Below are positions 1 through 12,727 of a DNA stretch of 64,000 bases, piece by piece (the stretch's first letter is position 1; the number at the start of each line of letters is the position of its first letter). The translations under genes were made by a program, and so were the position numbers. This DNA comes from Orbicella franksi. Its lineage: Eukaryota. Location of the stretch: NCBI GenBank assembly GCA_964199315.1, contig OZ116707.1:18724001-18788000 (forward strand), given 5' to 3'. The notes below the pieces were generated by a model. The model was not told the DNA's origin, did not search any database, and saw only the letters and a program-made list of their open reading frames with translations.

Positions 1-267
1 TTACAATACTTTGGAGACCGGTCATTATTCAGAGGGTGGGGAGGGAGGCTAATGCAAAACTAAGCATACCAATCTTCCTTTTCTTCAGACTGTCCCTTTT
101 CGCTACGTACAATTATCTCTAAACCCCCCCCCCCCTGCTACCGCTCCCCATCCCGAAGGTCGATACTTTTTTTCACGGTGATTCCACTCAATTATTCAAC
201 CCTTAAACCCCAGAATTTTAACTACACAGAAACGGGGCATTTTGACTACATGTCCATCTTTCGAAAT

Positions 268-957
268 CAGAAATCGATGTCTTGGTGCGGGGTATATAGC
301 TGATTGCAAGAAACTCGCAAAGTCAATCCCGTTTTTCTAGTTATTTGGAAGTGCATGCGTGAAATTGGGGTCAGACATCGATGTCTCAGTGCGGGATCCG
401 TAGGTAATTACAACTGAGAAACTCGCAAAGGGAACTCCGCTTTGTTTGGTGATTTGCAAAATAATGTATGAAAACGAAAATCGGGGTCAGAAATCAATGT
501 CTTGGTGCGGGGTATGTAGGTAATTACAAGAAACTCGCAAAGTCAACTCCGTTTTTTTAGTCATTTGGAAGAGTATGCGCGAAATTGGGGTCAGAAATCG
601 ACGTCTTGGTGCGGGGTATGTAGGTAATTACAAGAAACTCGCAAAGTCAACTCCGTTTTTCTAGTCATTTGGAAGTGTATGCGCGAAACTGGGATCAGAA
701 ATCGATCTCTTAGTGCGGTATATGTAGCTAATCACAACTGAGAAACTCGCGAAGTCAACTCCGCTTTTTCTGGAGATTTGGAAAATAACGTATGAAAACG
801 AAAATCGGAGTCATCGATGTCTTGGTGCGGGGTATATAGGTAATTACAAGAAACTCCCAAAGTCAACCCCGTTTTTTTTAGTCATTTGGAAGTGCAGGCG
901 TGAAATTGGGATCAGAAATCGATGTCTTTGTGCGGGATATGTAGTAATTACAACTAG
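268..957. repeat. Minisatellite of about 7 units of two types (A about 104 bp, B about 116 bp), order A-B-A-A-B-A-B(partial)
   Basis: Unit core CAGAAATCGATGTCTTGGTGCGGG...GAAACTCGCAAAGTCAACTCCG starts at 268, 372, 488, 592, 696, 812 and 913, giving spacings of 104, 116, 104, 104, 116 and 101 bp. Confidence 0.9.
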
Positions 958-1663
958 GAATTTGGGCTATCCTTGTTTTGCGAACCGTACTTCGCTTTTT
1001 TCTTTCCTTTTTCCATGTCATTCTTTCATTTCTTTGTTAGCCTTCTTATAATCACTTTGCAAATTATGTCACGCGCTCGAACAGGGCGAACAATAATGTG
1101 GGAGAATAAATAAGATTGGCGGTCGACCAATGCAATCTCAAATAACGCGAAAAATGACCATATAACCTACAATGAAAAATTCAGAATTTATTTTCTGACA
1201 GAGACCTTAAATTCAAGGAGGTCTGCGTTTCTGTTACCTTAAAGGAAGTCAAAATTCGACATTTTCCCATTATGGTAAAATGCCTGCCTGACAGATTGTC
1301 ATTATTCTTGGTTTTAGTCAGTTTTTAAAACCCTGAAAGTTTTTGAGATTGGGTCATCGACCGCTGGGACGGATTCGAGAAATAATTTCTAGTTCAAAAA
1401 TACTAATGATCTCGCAACCTGAAAATGTTGCGCTGCGTCATGAGTTCGACGTTTGCAGGACATTTAACTCAGACGCGAAGGTAGAATCTTCTTGAGAGCA
1501 AAGGTAAAAAGTCGCTGATTTCGGAACTCTACGATTCGGATTCTTTTTGAACTAGCTTTGAGTAAACTGTCACTTTTTACCAGCTTCTTTGCGGTGTTTA
1601 ACAAATAAATTAATTGCATTTTCTTGAAATATAAGGCTTTGGAAAACTTTTTCTACATAGATA

Positions 1664-2225
1664 CCGTAAATCCTCGAACTAGGACCTCCTCCTCCTCCCC
1701 CTCTTAAATAAGCGCCCCCTTCGAATAAGCGCCCTTCCCATCGGCCAAAATTTAAAAAAGCGCCTCCCTTCGAACAAGCGCGCCCTCTACTCCCCTTGTT
1801 TTATCGAAGAGTACTGAGACAACACAGGATGTATAGTTTTGGTCGTGTTGGTCGTGCCCAATCACCACAGCAAGTGATCGTTGACTCATTCAAGCACTGC
1901 AAATTGACCGTCGCACCGGACGGCAATGAAGATCTGATGATTCACTGCCTAAAGCCCAGCCAACCTTGTGCGTGTAGCATGCTTAAACCGACCAAAGGGG
2001 TTATATTACGTAGTTCTCTAAGAGAGACAAGACCCTTCTGAGAGACTTCTGAGGGACTGACATATAAATATATTACGAAAAAACCCTGATCATATCTGAC
2101 CATGATTTAGGAAAAATTAAATAAGCCCCCACCCCCCCCCCCCCCCACTCCCCTCGAATAAGCGCCTTCCACCTTCTCCTAAATTTCTAAATAAGCGCCC
2201 CGGGCGCTAGTTCGAGGATAAACGC
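1664..2225 (+). mobile_element. Internally deleted pogo/Tigger-like (Tc1/mariner superfamily) element
   Basis: TIRs CCGTAAATCCTCGAACTAG and CTAGTTCGAGGATAAACGC match at 16/19 and are flanked by TA at 1662-63 and 2226-27. Subterminal AATAAGCGCC repeats are present. ORF 1796-2041 contains IVDSFKHCKLTVAPDGNEDLMIHC, which resembles the pogo DDE transposase C-terminal segment. Confidence 0.75.
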
Positions 2226-4289
2226 TAAATCGATTGTGTGATTGCTATGAAGATTAGATCGTTTTGTTTGTCAAGTATTCTTCCATTAGACTCTAAAATG
2301 TCAAAGAAATCGGTCATAGATTGCCCGTTCAAAATCGCAAATTTAGAAACGGACACCCGCCCCGATAAACAATCTTGCAATTACCACTATTCGGGGGATG
2401 TGTGTGGAAGGGGTGGGGCTTGAGGCGGCGGGAAGGGAAACACTGTGTACTCTCCAAGGTGATAACAAACATAGGAAAGGAAAGAAAGAGAGGGAGGTGA
2501 GGAAAGAGACTAAAAGCTGTCAATGGTTAATGTCCCCCATCTAGAGGATATCTACGAGCTACATTTGTTTTTCAAATATTTTAGCTTTTCACATCTCCGT
2601 TATAAGTTCCAACAGGGAAGTGAACAAAACCGGTTGACATAATGTTAAATGAAGAAAAGATAAAGATAACGTTAACGACAAATAAGCGCCTTCACTTCCT
2701 TAGTCGAATTCCCAAAAAATATGACGATAACACGTCACCACCATTTGGCAAGCATGGCATTTGAAAGGAATAAAAGAAACTGTGAGCAGCTGCTAAAGCA
2801 CCAAAATGTTTCATTCTGACTACACTCACACGAGACATTCAATGTGAAAAGTTTATTTCAGACATGTCAGTCAGTCTTCTGATGCATGAAAGTCCTGATA
2901 GCGATAGAGCGTCCTCACGTATATACAGCAAGAGTAACGTGTATACTACGCCAGATACGAACAACCACTAAAAAACCCACCCTGCAGATTTGGCAAAAAA
3001 AAGTGGAAACGTATTCCTCGTCTAATGCAGCAGCACAATACCCCGAGGAAAGGGTACAACTAATCAAGCGACAAAACTTCACAAAAGTCCGTTAAAACGA
3101 AATACAATAAAAGGCTAACAACACAATACAGCTAGAGAAGTTCAATCGAAGTTGAAAATTCTCAAAAAAAAAAATTCATTAACAAGGTTAACCAAGGCAC
3201 TAAGCGACCTAGAATAAATTAGTTTTCCCGCGGAGACCTCAAGGGTTCATTAAGCGATCTTTTCGAGCCGTTGCTAAGAAAAATTTATTCTCGTATAACC
3301 TCATCACTTTTAGTTAGTTTATGTGTGTTAAGTTTTTCATGCTCAGCAACACTAGTGATGGCGTCATCAGGCCACGCCCATGGTCATGTGACTAATACTG
3401 GAAAAACGCCAAGGTTCTCAGGCAAATTACTTTATCGGGATTTTTTTGTAATTGATTTAATATTTTAATTTAAATCCTCATATCGTTATGCATAGATTTT
3501 GTTTGATTTCTGAAAGGTCAGATTTTTTAGAGAATTTCAAAATATTAAAAAATTCTCAATTTTCTGAAAATAGCATGATTTCGAAAAAGGAATACATAGC
3601 TATGTTTCCACAGTTGGCTTTAATCGAAATCCGTCAAAAAAGGCTGGATTTAATGAAAAACCGCGTTTCCTTTAACATTTAAAGAAACCGGAAGTGCGCC
3701 CGAAATATACTGGAAGTTACTCTATCAGCGCGTGCGCTATTTACATTACTAGTGCACTTTGGTAAGATCAAACAAAGACACCCGGAGCTAGTTTTTCTCT
3801 TTCTATTGCTCTTGTTTTTCTGTCTTTCTCTTATTTTGTCTTTGCTTGTACTTTTTTTACTCTGCATTTTGTGAAAAACAAAGGAAAACATCCAAAATGT
3901 AAGCGAATTTGCAAGTTATTGAGTTGTTTTTATTTTCCGCGCTCAGGCTGACGTAAGTAACCGAAAGTGAAATTTCCCCCCCTTAATAACGCGCGCGAGC
4001 GCGCGCATAAATCGGTTAATGGGCCCTTAAATACTCCCGGTTAACCCATCATGCCGCGCCAATCTCTCCAACGTGTCGTCAGAATATTAATTTCTGACTA
4101 ATTCGTTCCCATGTCACTCAACCGTCTGGAACGGCATAGTTCATTTCACAATAAAACAGACTTCTTTGGAGGGTGGACAAAATGCACTTTAATTGTACAG
4201 TGATCGTGGAATCATAAATTTAACGCAAGATTTGTAACATGATAAATTCCTCGTACAAGAAATCCAAACATTGCAAATTGTATTAATTA

Positions 4290-7200
4290 GGTCAAACTGT
4301 TGAAACCACTATCAGCATCATCAGTGACTTCAGTTTCATATTCCGTGTCATCATCACTGTCACTGTCACTGGCTTGTCCATCAGCACTTTCCGGAAGGCT
4401 AAGAAAAGTTCGTTCATCCTCTTCCGTTTCAAAGTTGTTCTTTAAAGGGATGTCTGTCGGCTCCAAAAAAAAGCTTCTGTTTCCGGATTTTTAACTTCAT
4501 CGACCTCGAACGAGCGAGGCAGTGGCCAATCACTGCTGCACTCAAGTCTGTTGAATTCATTGAGAGAAGTTACCATGGCCTTCGTTGCTTGAGAAATTTG
4601 TTTGGAGAGCCGTTTGGCAAGAGCATGACCATCTAAGAGAAGTAAACAGAGTAGCACANNNNNNNNNNNNNNNNNNNNNNNNNNNNNNNNNNNNNNNNNN
4701 NNNNNNNNNNNNNNNNNNNNNNNNNNNNNNNNNNNNNNNNNNNNNNNNNNNNNNNNNNNNNNNNNNNNNNNNNNNNNNNNNNNNNNNNNNNNNNAATAGT
4801 AACAGCAATTTTTAACCAGGGAACCCCCTCGCCAACGGCGGTTTTCATTACGGCCCTGAAAATACATGTTGATAATTAAAATTTGTGAGTTTAACATACG
4901 TTTCACAGGAACTTCTCGAGATTAGCAAAAGAGGCAGGTCCGCTCTTACTTCACGTATCTCCTTGCACACAAACAATCACACCGGATACCAGTTTTCATG
5001 ACTCTCAAATCGCTCCAGCTTTTTAAATACATAAATTTGGGTAAAATACTTGCCAGCATATTTCGCCTTCAAGCACAACAAGAACCACCGTTCTACAACC
5101 TTTGTATGCAGTTTCACTAAAGCAACCCTTTTGCTTCGGTCATAGGCAGCATCTCGAGCCATCCGATATTCTTCACAAGCAGTAGTCCAACGCTGAGTAA
5201 TGCCATTTCTGTGCTCCAAATCTGACAAAACTCCTTCTAATCTAATAAAATCCAACAAAATATTTTATACACATATTTATTTTCATCCAATGCTGCTGAA
5301 AATTGTGCTACACGGTATAAAGTGATTTTGACAAAGGAATAGAGGAGATTTGAAAAAGAATCTGTGCCCGAGGGTAAAAAGTCACGTAATGTATGTGGCA
5401 TGATAGGCTTTTTCGCTATCAAACACTCTGAAGAGGCCCAACCCTAACAAAGCACTTTTGATTAAATGATGCAGTAACAATGTTACATACCAAAATATAG
5501 CCAAAAAATGCATTTACCACTAAAAGCAAGCAAACAAGCATTAAAAATTATAGGCTAAATCCCCCCAAAAATACATACTTGGTCAACTGTCCATAAAGTT
5601 GCTGAAGTTTATCAGGGTCAGATGCTTGTTCCCATTTTGAGCGGATTTCATAGAACATTTTAAGGTAGATTACATAACCATGTCTCCAACAGGGTTCTTC
5701 AACTGGGTTATGTAATCCTCCTGTCCATTCTGCTTCCTGCTTTGCCCATTCAGCAACATCTTCCCTTCGAACCAGTACTGCAAAATGAATATTTTATAAT
5801 ATTAGTACCAGTGTAAAGCAATTCAAACCTTTTCGACAGCTTACATGTATAAAACCATGTTGATATTTTCTTGTGAACATACTGTAGTTATAATATAAAC
5901 ATGTCTAATTTGCATGGACATTGCAAAAGGAAAGGAAATGGAATACAGAAAAAAAAAATCGCCTGTTTCTGAAAGGAAAAGTGACATAATTCTCAAAAGA
6001 CTGAAATGAATCTGTTAGGTACATGACTCCAACTGCAACAGGCACAGATGAATTCAGCAGTAAACATTATCAGGAGGAAGCAAAACAATCTGACCTGTAA
6101 GGCTATCCTGCAATTTTGACAATTCTTCCTCTGCATCTTTAATTACCAAATGTGCTTTCTTCATGCGAACACACAAAAGTTTCCCTGGGGGAAACAAATG
6201 GAATGAAAATAAAATTCCCTTAAAAATAAAATATTAGTTAAAGCTGATGGTTAACTATTCTTTAAATGAGAATTTCAGCATTTTCTTGCCATCCAAGGGT
6301 TTCAAAAGGAAAAGGAGAAGACTAGAGGGGGCAAAATTTGCTTGTAACGCATACAACAAAGAGGCATATATTTTTGTAAAAAAGAAGTTCACGGGAACCA
6401 TGCAAAGAAATCCTTCCTAAACAACAATTTCTTAATTAAGCTGCTACTGACATTGCACGAATGAAAAGTTCATTCAGCTAACCTAAACTTGCTGATCTTT
6501 TTTTGGCATAAAAGAAAAGAGCATTAGATAGAACATCCACCCGGTGGTTTGGCCTCATTTCCTTGGTCATTTTTCTCTGTAAAAAAGACCAAAGTCTCTC
6601 CATGACTTCACCATCTGTGAGACCAAAGCCAGGAACTCTCCTGGGACTGTATTTGATCTAGGAAATCAGTACAATTCACCAAAACAGAACTAAATACACA
6701 GTACAAATGCTGTTCAATCCCAGTAACACAAACATTGACCCCATAACACAGGGTGGCCATACATGCTCATCTTTTTTAAAATACTACTTTTTTGACATAC
6801 AGGTAGTTTCAAATAAGTGGACATTTCAATAATAATCACCAAGAAATTTTGTGACAAATTTTCTGACAGAAAACATGATATACAGTGTGGCAAACAAACA
6901 AAAACACACATGTACACACATGAGCAGATGTCAACTGAATAATTTAAGCAAACCTGGCATTTTGCTTTGTGTCCATAGCTATGGAAAATGGGAATGGCAA
7001 ACTTGACAGACTGTAGGATGTGATGCTGTCCTTGGGCCTACAGTGGTAATATTGCATCAAAGCAAAATTAAAAACTTCATTGCTTAACTGGTGCTTAAAA
7101 GACTTTATTATAAGATCTACATGACCTTTCATGAAAATAGTAAATGAAAAAATGATAACAGAACCTGTAAATGAGTTTCCAGGTGACAAGCAATATCATA

Positions 7201-9561
7201 AAGCATGCATACATCTGTGGACTGATCACCAATTTCCTCAAGCAGATTCTGCAACATCCAAACTGGGTATGCAAGCCTATTAGAAACAAAATTAAAACAT
7301 AGAATTAAAAATTAGACACAAAATTAATGCATTGACTAACCAATTTGTAAACTGGCAACCCGGCATTTTTAACCTAGTGGTTATTTCGGGTTGCCAAAAC
7401 CCTAACTTTTAGCAATATTTTATATATTTCTGTATTAATTAATTAATGAAAAAAGGGTAATAAAGAGGATGTTGTTGTTGTTGTTGATGTTGTTATATCC
7501 TTTAACAAAAATTACATAACAAGAGAGAGAGAAAGAGAGAAAGAATTAAAGAAAGAAAGGAAGGAAGGAAGGTAGGAAATAAAGAAATTATCAATAAATT
7601 AATCAAAGCAATTCTGACAGTGACAATTCAGTAAAGGAGTACAACATAAACAAATGTTACCTTTCACCATGTTTCATATTGACAAATTTTTTGGGAAACT
7701 CATGACGACAGGCCCGCCCAAATATGGCAGTTTCACTGAGGGCAGAATATCGAGATCTTGAACGCAGTGCATCACCAGCAAGAAAGTCACCACACACCTT
7801 ATAATTAAATGAAACAAAAAATGATCCAATTCTGTGAGTCTAAGTACAGGAGAAACAACAAAAAATATCATTGTCATTTTTAAGGTTTAAATAGTCAATC
7901 TAAATTGACTAATAGCAATAATAATAAGAGATATTCACAATGCAGCTGGGCGATTCCCGCTGCTGTAGCTAAGACAATATACAATTAATGTAATAATCTT
8001 AGGTAAATACCTGCCTTTCCCCACCCTTCATTGCACTTTCCCACTACCAGATCATTTTTCTAATGTAATTTTAACAGCCCTGTATCAACATAGTTTCAGT
8101 CAGTTAATGTCTCAAATAGTTCTGCTGGAGAAAACAGGTTTCCACACACCCTATTTGCTCTACTGGTTGTAATGGATGTTGCTGAACAAACTCTTCCACC
8201 TCTGTGTCATCATCAAACAAAACAGTTCCAAAGAGAGGATTTCTCACACTTCTGCCTGCTGACTTTTTTCAGCCAATAAACAAGGCATCCATGGATTCAA
8301 GAAGGGTACCCTGAGTCTGCAAAGGTGTATTAATTAACACAGAGTGATTAGGCAACTGAACAATCTCTTTCTAGGTAGACCTAGATTGTCTATACAACTA
8401 GCTAGGGAAGTCTCCAAACATGGCCCATAATGATATACTTCATGAGCATTCAGCAAAACAATTTCAAACAGGCTAGGGATTCAAAGCTAACTAGAAGTCT
8501 CAACAGTGAACTAAAGGTATAGTGTTCAAAGGTCATCAACATACAATCTCAGGCAATATCAGCCGTTCCCATCTCCTTCTGTTTCAATCAAAGGATGTCA
8601 GATTGTCACTTAAGACATTCACTGTACTTACAATATTGAGCTCACCATTCTCCATACCTTGGGACATGCAGGACACACTATAGTTTCAACTTACAGCATT
8701 ACAAGCACTAACTGTGAACTTAAGAGTGGATAGTTTATGACAATATAACATGCAAAAAAACAGCAACATTGTGCTGTTCAGAGCTCAACACTTAATACAA
8801 ATAAATAGTAACTAGTACTACAAATGTAGTTCAATAATAAGTAAGGTGTAAGGAGACATAAAAATAGAACAAACCTAAATTCTTCAAGACTGTCTATGAC
8901 CACTGGATATAGCTTTCTTTGGTTCTAAAAACAAACCAGTTATAGGTACAATGTAAACAGACAGCCATCGCAATCCTTGGAAAAAAAATTGTCTGAAAAG
9001 GCACACATGCATATCTAAAGTAATGTACAAGCCGCAACTTGTTGGTTATATCTTAAACCTAAATTTCATACCCACAGTGTTTTGAGGTAAGTATTCCTAA
9101 GGTAAAAACTAATGGTGGGATATATCAAAATACAGGAGGGTTCCAAAAATATAACAGAAATACCTACAAATGATGTGGTATCATCATTATATATACTGTG
9201 AGAAATAAGCAACGAGCACTGTTGTACTTCAAAAACAAGCAAGATTGTTTAAGGCACAAACAGCCTACTTTGCTCTTAAAACATGGAAGCATAAAGAAAT
9301 AGATGCAGAAAATAAAGAATAATATTACAAGAAAGAATATGAATCAAAGGTGGTCCTCACTGAAAAGACGATAACATCATCTGTCAGGATCTCAAGGGCA
9401 GCACAGAAGTCTTTAACAGCTACTTGACACTCAAGATTCAGGGTGTGTAGTAGCTTCATCAAATCTAGAGTGAATGCCAACTCAGGCTTTGTTGGTGTTG
9501 CACCCCAAAGATTGAAACGTAACAGCCGCAGAAAATCGGGTTCACAGTTACAAAACTGCAC
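4290..9561 (-). mobile_element. Intron-containing KDZ (Kyakuja-Dileera-Zisupton)-type transposase gene with CxC cysteine cluster, pseudogenised
   Basis: Minus-strand exons read by eye: 9561-9361 (CNCEPDFLRLLRFNLWGATPTKPELAF, CxC-like), 8924-8875 (LYPVVIDSLEEFR), ~8750-8658 (CPACPK), 8316-~8165 (MDALF..KKSAG), 7797-7661 (DFLAG..ETAIFGRACRHEFP..KHGER), 7276-7165 (LYDIACHL), 7037-6954 (IPIFHSYGHKAKCQ), 6657-6483 (GFGLTDGEVMERLWS), 6184-6095, 5777-5579, 5241-5054 and 4632-~4290. YDIAC, FH..H..CQ and G.TDGE..ER.W are KDZ catalytic-region motifs. There is an in-frame TGA at 8269-71 and a disrupted CPACPK exon. Confidence 0.85.
4659..4794. other. Assembly gap (136 N)
   Basis: Run of N inside the last intron of the KDZ gene model. 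Confidence 1.
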
Positions 9562-10084
9562 CTTCAATTAGGAATTAAAATAAAGGAAGGTAGTCATAAG
9601 CATAAGAAAGAGAAACCTCAGGTAAAGGATTAGCTGAATTTCAAAACAAAACGAATCGCTACATCACATTTAAGTTATCCAAAAAAAAAAACACTAACCG
9701 GCCCATGACCTTTGCTTTCGTGTTCACGTAAATAGGAAAAATTCCCAGTATAAATCCCGAATACGCTCTTTTTAACTGAAAAAAGCTCTGTAGCTGTCCA
9801 AATTTCTCCTGTATGTGCACCTCCGGTCAAGCCGCCATTATGCTCGACTTCATATCATATATACCGTACTATAGTACGTACTACAGCGGCTGCTGCCCGG
9901 TAATTTGGGTATCATTTTTACGGGTGATACTCAGTGTGTATCGAGTGAACCGGGTGGGTTTCCAGTCCAGACACGGCCAACATGGTGGCGACTTGCGACT
10001 TGAAAAAGCGGATTGAGCGCGTCTTTGTACATTAATTACCTTATGTTATTCGCTAACGTGCATGTTACGTGATTTGAGCGCAGA

Positions 10085-12221
10085 ATGGCCTGGGTTTATG
10101 TCACATCCAAAAAGAATGCTCAAAAAGCAAGGTGAGTTGCTTATCATAGCCATCTTGACGAAAAACAATCTGCTAAGACGCACCATTATAATCTTTTTTT
10201 TGTTTGGAAATTAGTTTTATTCGCCCATCACATGTAACATTTTACAACTAATACTTTCAGCTGTCAGAAATCTTAGCAAGTTCTCTTGAGCTTTTGAAAG
10301 AAGATCCTCAGCTTTTGCTTATGACAGATAAGAAAATTATATTATATGTACAATTTTGCCATAATTCCATTTCCATTGATTATAACTGATTTGTCATAAA
10401 ATGATTTGTCATTTTAGTCTTGAAAATTACGAAGTGAAATTCCTCCTTTAATGGCACAAATGGTGTTTATTTCCTTAGGAAATGTTTGGAGGAGAAAAGG
10501 TTCTATGATAAAGAAAGAAAAGTGGCGAGTTACTCTGAAGAAGAAGTAATGATTCCTATCAAACAAGAACTGGCTGAACAACTGAAAAATGAACGAATGG
10601 GAGAAATTGAGAAATCTCTGTTGTTTTCCTTTGAGGGGAGAATTGAACACATCGACGGACATGCACTGAATATAAGACAGCGCAAGGTATCCCCTCAAGA
10701 GAAACTAAGGCCTGCTATTGACAACTTGTTTCAAATAAAAGGTGTCACTCGTGATGCTTTCTTACAAAATGACATCCCACTTCACTGGGAACAGCATGGA
10801 GACCTCATTCTTTTACCAGAGAATAGTTTCACCTTGGACAAATGGGTACATTTTGGTGAGGAATTATGGAAAGTTGTCGCCAAGAGTCTTGGTGTTGCAA
10901 GACTTGCCAAGAAATCAACTATAAACAATGATGGTTTCAGAACTCCCAAAGTCAGCCTGCTTCTAGGTGACAATGGTTGGGTGACACACATTGACAATGG
11001 TATAAAATACACTTTTGATGTTACTAAATGCATGTTCTCAGCAGGAAACATAACAGAGAAAATGAGAGTTGGAAACTTTGACTGCCATGGTCAAACTGTC
11101 GTTGACCTTTATGCTGGCATCGGCTACTTTGTTTTGCCATACCTGGTCCATTCCAAGGCTGCCTTGGTTTATGCTTGTGAATGGAATGAAAATGCTATAG
11201 AAGCTTTGAAAAGAAACTTGAAGTTAAATGGTGTTGATAAACAGTGTGTCATATATGAAGGAGACAATGTGAAGGTAACAAGCAGATTAAGGATATTTGT
11301 TTCATAGATAACAGAACTGTCCAGAACTATAAGCCACTGTGTAATGCGATGTACATTTACTCAGTCTACTATAAAAATATTATTCAATTTAACTGGTAAG
11401 AGGTCAATTGCCTAATCTTCTGGTCAGTCCTAAATATGTTCAGTTGGTGCATTATCAATCAATCGATCCGTCGGTCGGTCCGTCCGTCAGTTGGTTGGTC
11501 GGTCCGTTGGTCGGTCAGCCAGTCAATTAATCAATCAAAATGTGTCTTTCAGTTAGCTTGGCAGACAGTCGGTTTGTAAGTATATCTTTGTGTAAGTCAG
11601 TTTGCCTGTCGATCTGTTTCTCTTTTGTCTCTTATCACAAATGTCTCTCCTTTAAAATTGATCTCACTGAACTTGTTTACTTTTGTTGATCAGTTTCCTC
11701 TTCAAGGAGTTGCAGATCGCGTCAATCTTGGTCTCATCCCTTCCAGTGAAGCTGGCTGGCCTGTGGCCTGTGCTGCACTACGTTCTGACAAAGGAGGCTG
11801 GCTGCATGTACATGGCAATGTTACATCAGGGCTAACAGACAGTGGAAAAACAGCAAATGATAGAACAGTTTCTGCATTATCATTACTGAGAACAACTTTT
11901 GTATCAAGTGAAGAAGAAAACCCCAGCACTGCAAGCTCTATATCTACTTTGTACTGTTCTGAAGTTTCAGACAGATGTGATCATTTTCTCTTGGAAGAGA
12001 ACAACACGCCATCTTGTAACAAGAAAGTGAAGGCAGAGTGGCTAGACTGGGCCAAGTATGTGGCTCGAACTCTGTTGAAACATCTGAAGAAATCACATGA
12101 CAACCCAAACTGGAATGTCCAAATAAGGCACATTGAGCATGTCAAGTCTTATGCACCTCATATTGACCATGTTGTGTTAGATGTAGAGTGCCGTCCTGTA
12201 TTTGAACATGCGACTGTGTGA
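10085..12221 (+). CDS. TRMT12: tRNA wybutosine-synthesizing protein 2 (TYW2/TRMT12), 3 coding exons, about 456 aa
   Basis: Exons 10085-10131, 10479-11274 and 11694-12221 are GT-AG and phase-compatible. Motifs include WEQHGDLILL, HIDNGIKYTFDVTKCMFSAGNITEK, the SAM-binding VVDLYAGIGYF, DRVNLGLIPSSE..W..AC and IEHVKSYAPHIDHVVLD. Confidence 0.95.
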
Positions 12222-12416
12222 ACTAAGCTAACTATATGCCAACAAAGCACCTGTAGATAGTATAGCCGGTTTGATTCTATGCTTTTTATGATGTATGGTT
12301 TTGAGAACAGAAACAGTTATTTATATAATAGTAAAGCTTCAATTTGGCTGTCCGAGCAAAGTTTGCCAAAAGGCGTTAGTAAGGACTTTTAAAAACAACC
12401 ACCTCAGTGATGCTAA

Positions 12417-12575
12417 GGCCCGTCCACACAAAGCTGGAGGAATTTGAAAACGCAGCATTATTTCTACGGTTAGGCCTACCGACCACACTAAACCGTGATG
12501 AAAACGGAGCTTTTCGAAAACACTCTTCAAACAGGACGAATATGAAAACGCCGGCTTTGCGTTTTCCTGTGGATG
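12417..12575 (-). mobile_element. Truncated PIF/Harbinger-type MITE, same family as 54271-54647
   Basis: TAA|GGCCCGTCCACAC...GAATTTGAAAACGCAGC...GGTTAGGCCTACCG is the reverse complement of the right half of the 54.3-54.6 kb copy. Confidence 0.7.
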
Positions 12576-12727
12576 GAACAAAGTAAAAATGTATGTAAAA
12601 TTAGTCTTAAATATTACAGTCAAACCAAGTAAAGCATACCCCTCAAGATTGCATTAATGAATTGATTATTTGAATATTGAACCCGCCACTCGTTTCAAGA
12701 ATGCAAAAATGAATTGATTATTGGAAA

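Noticed and set aside
268-957. CRISPR-like array
   Set aside because: Whole units are near-identical with no unique spacers, and the context is eukaryotic with no cas genes.
4442-4906. ORFs containing X runs
   Set aside because: These are artefacts of translating through the N gap. Only 4632-4442 belongs to the KDZ model.
4036-9954. CCCGGTT (4036-42) and AACCGGG (9948-54) as termini of the KDZ element
   Set aside because: The inverted match is only 7-10 bp and the flanks (TTAAATACT versus TGGGTTTCC) show no TSD, so the element boundaries are undetermined.
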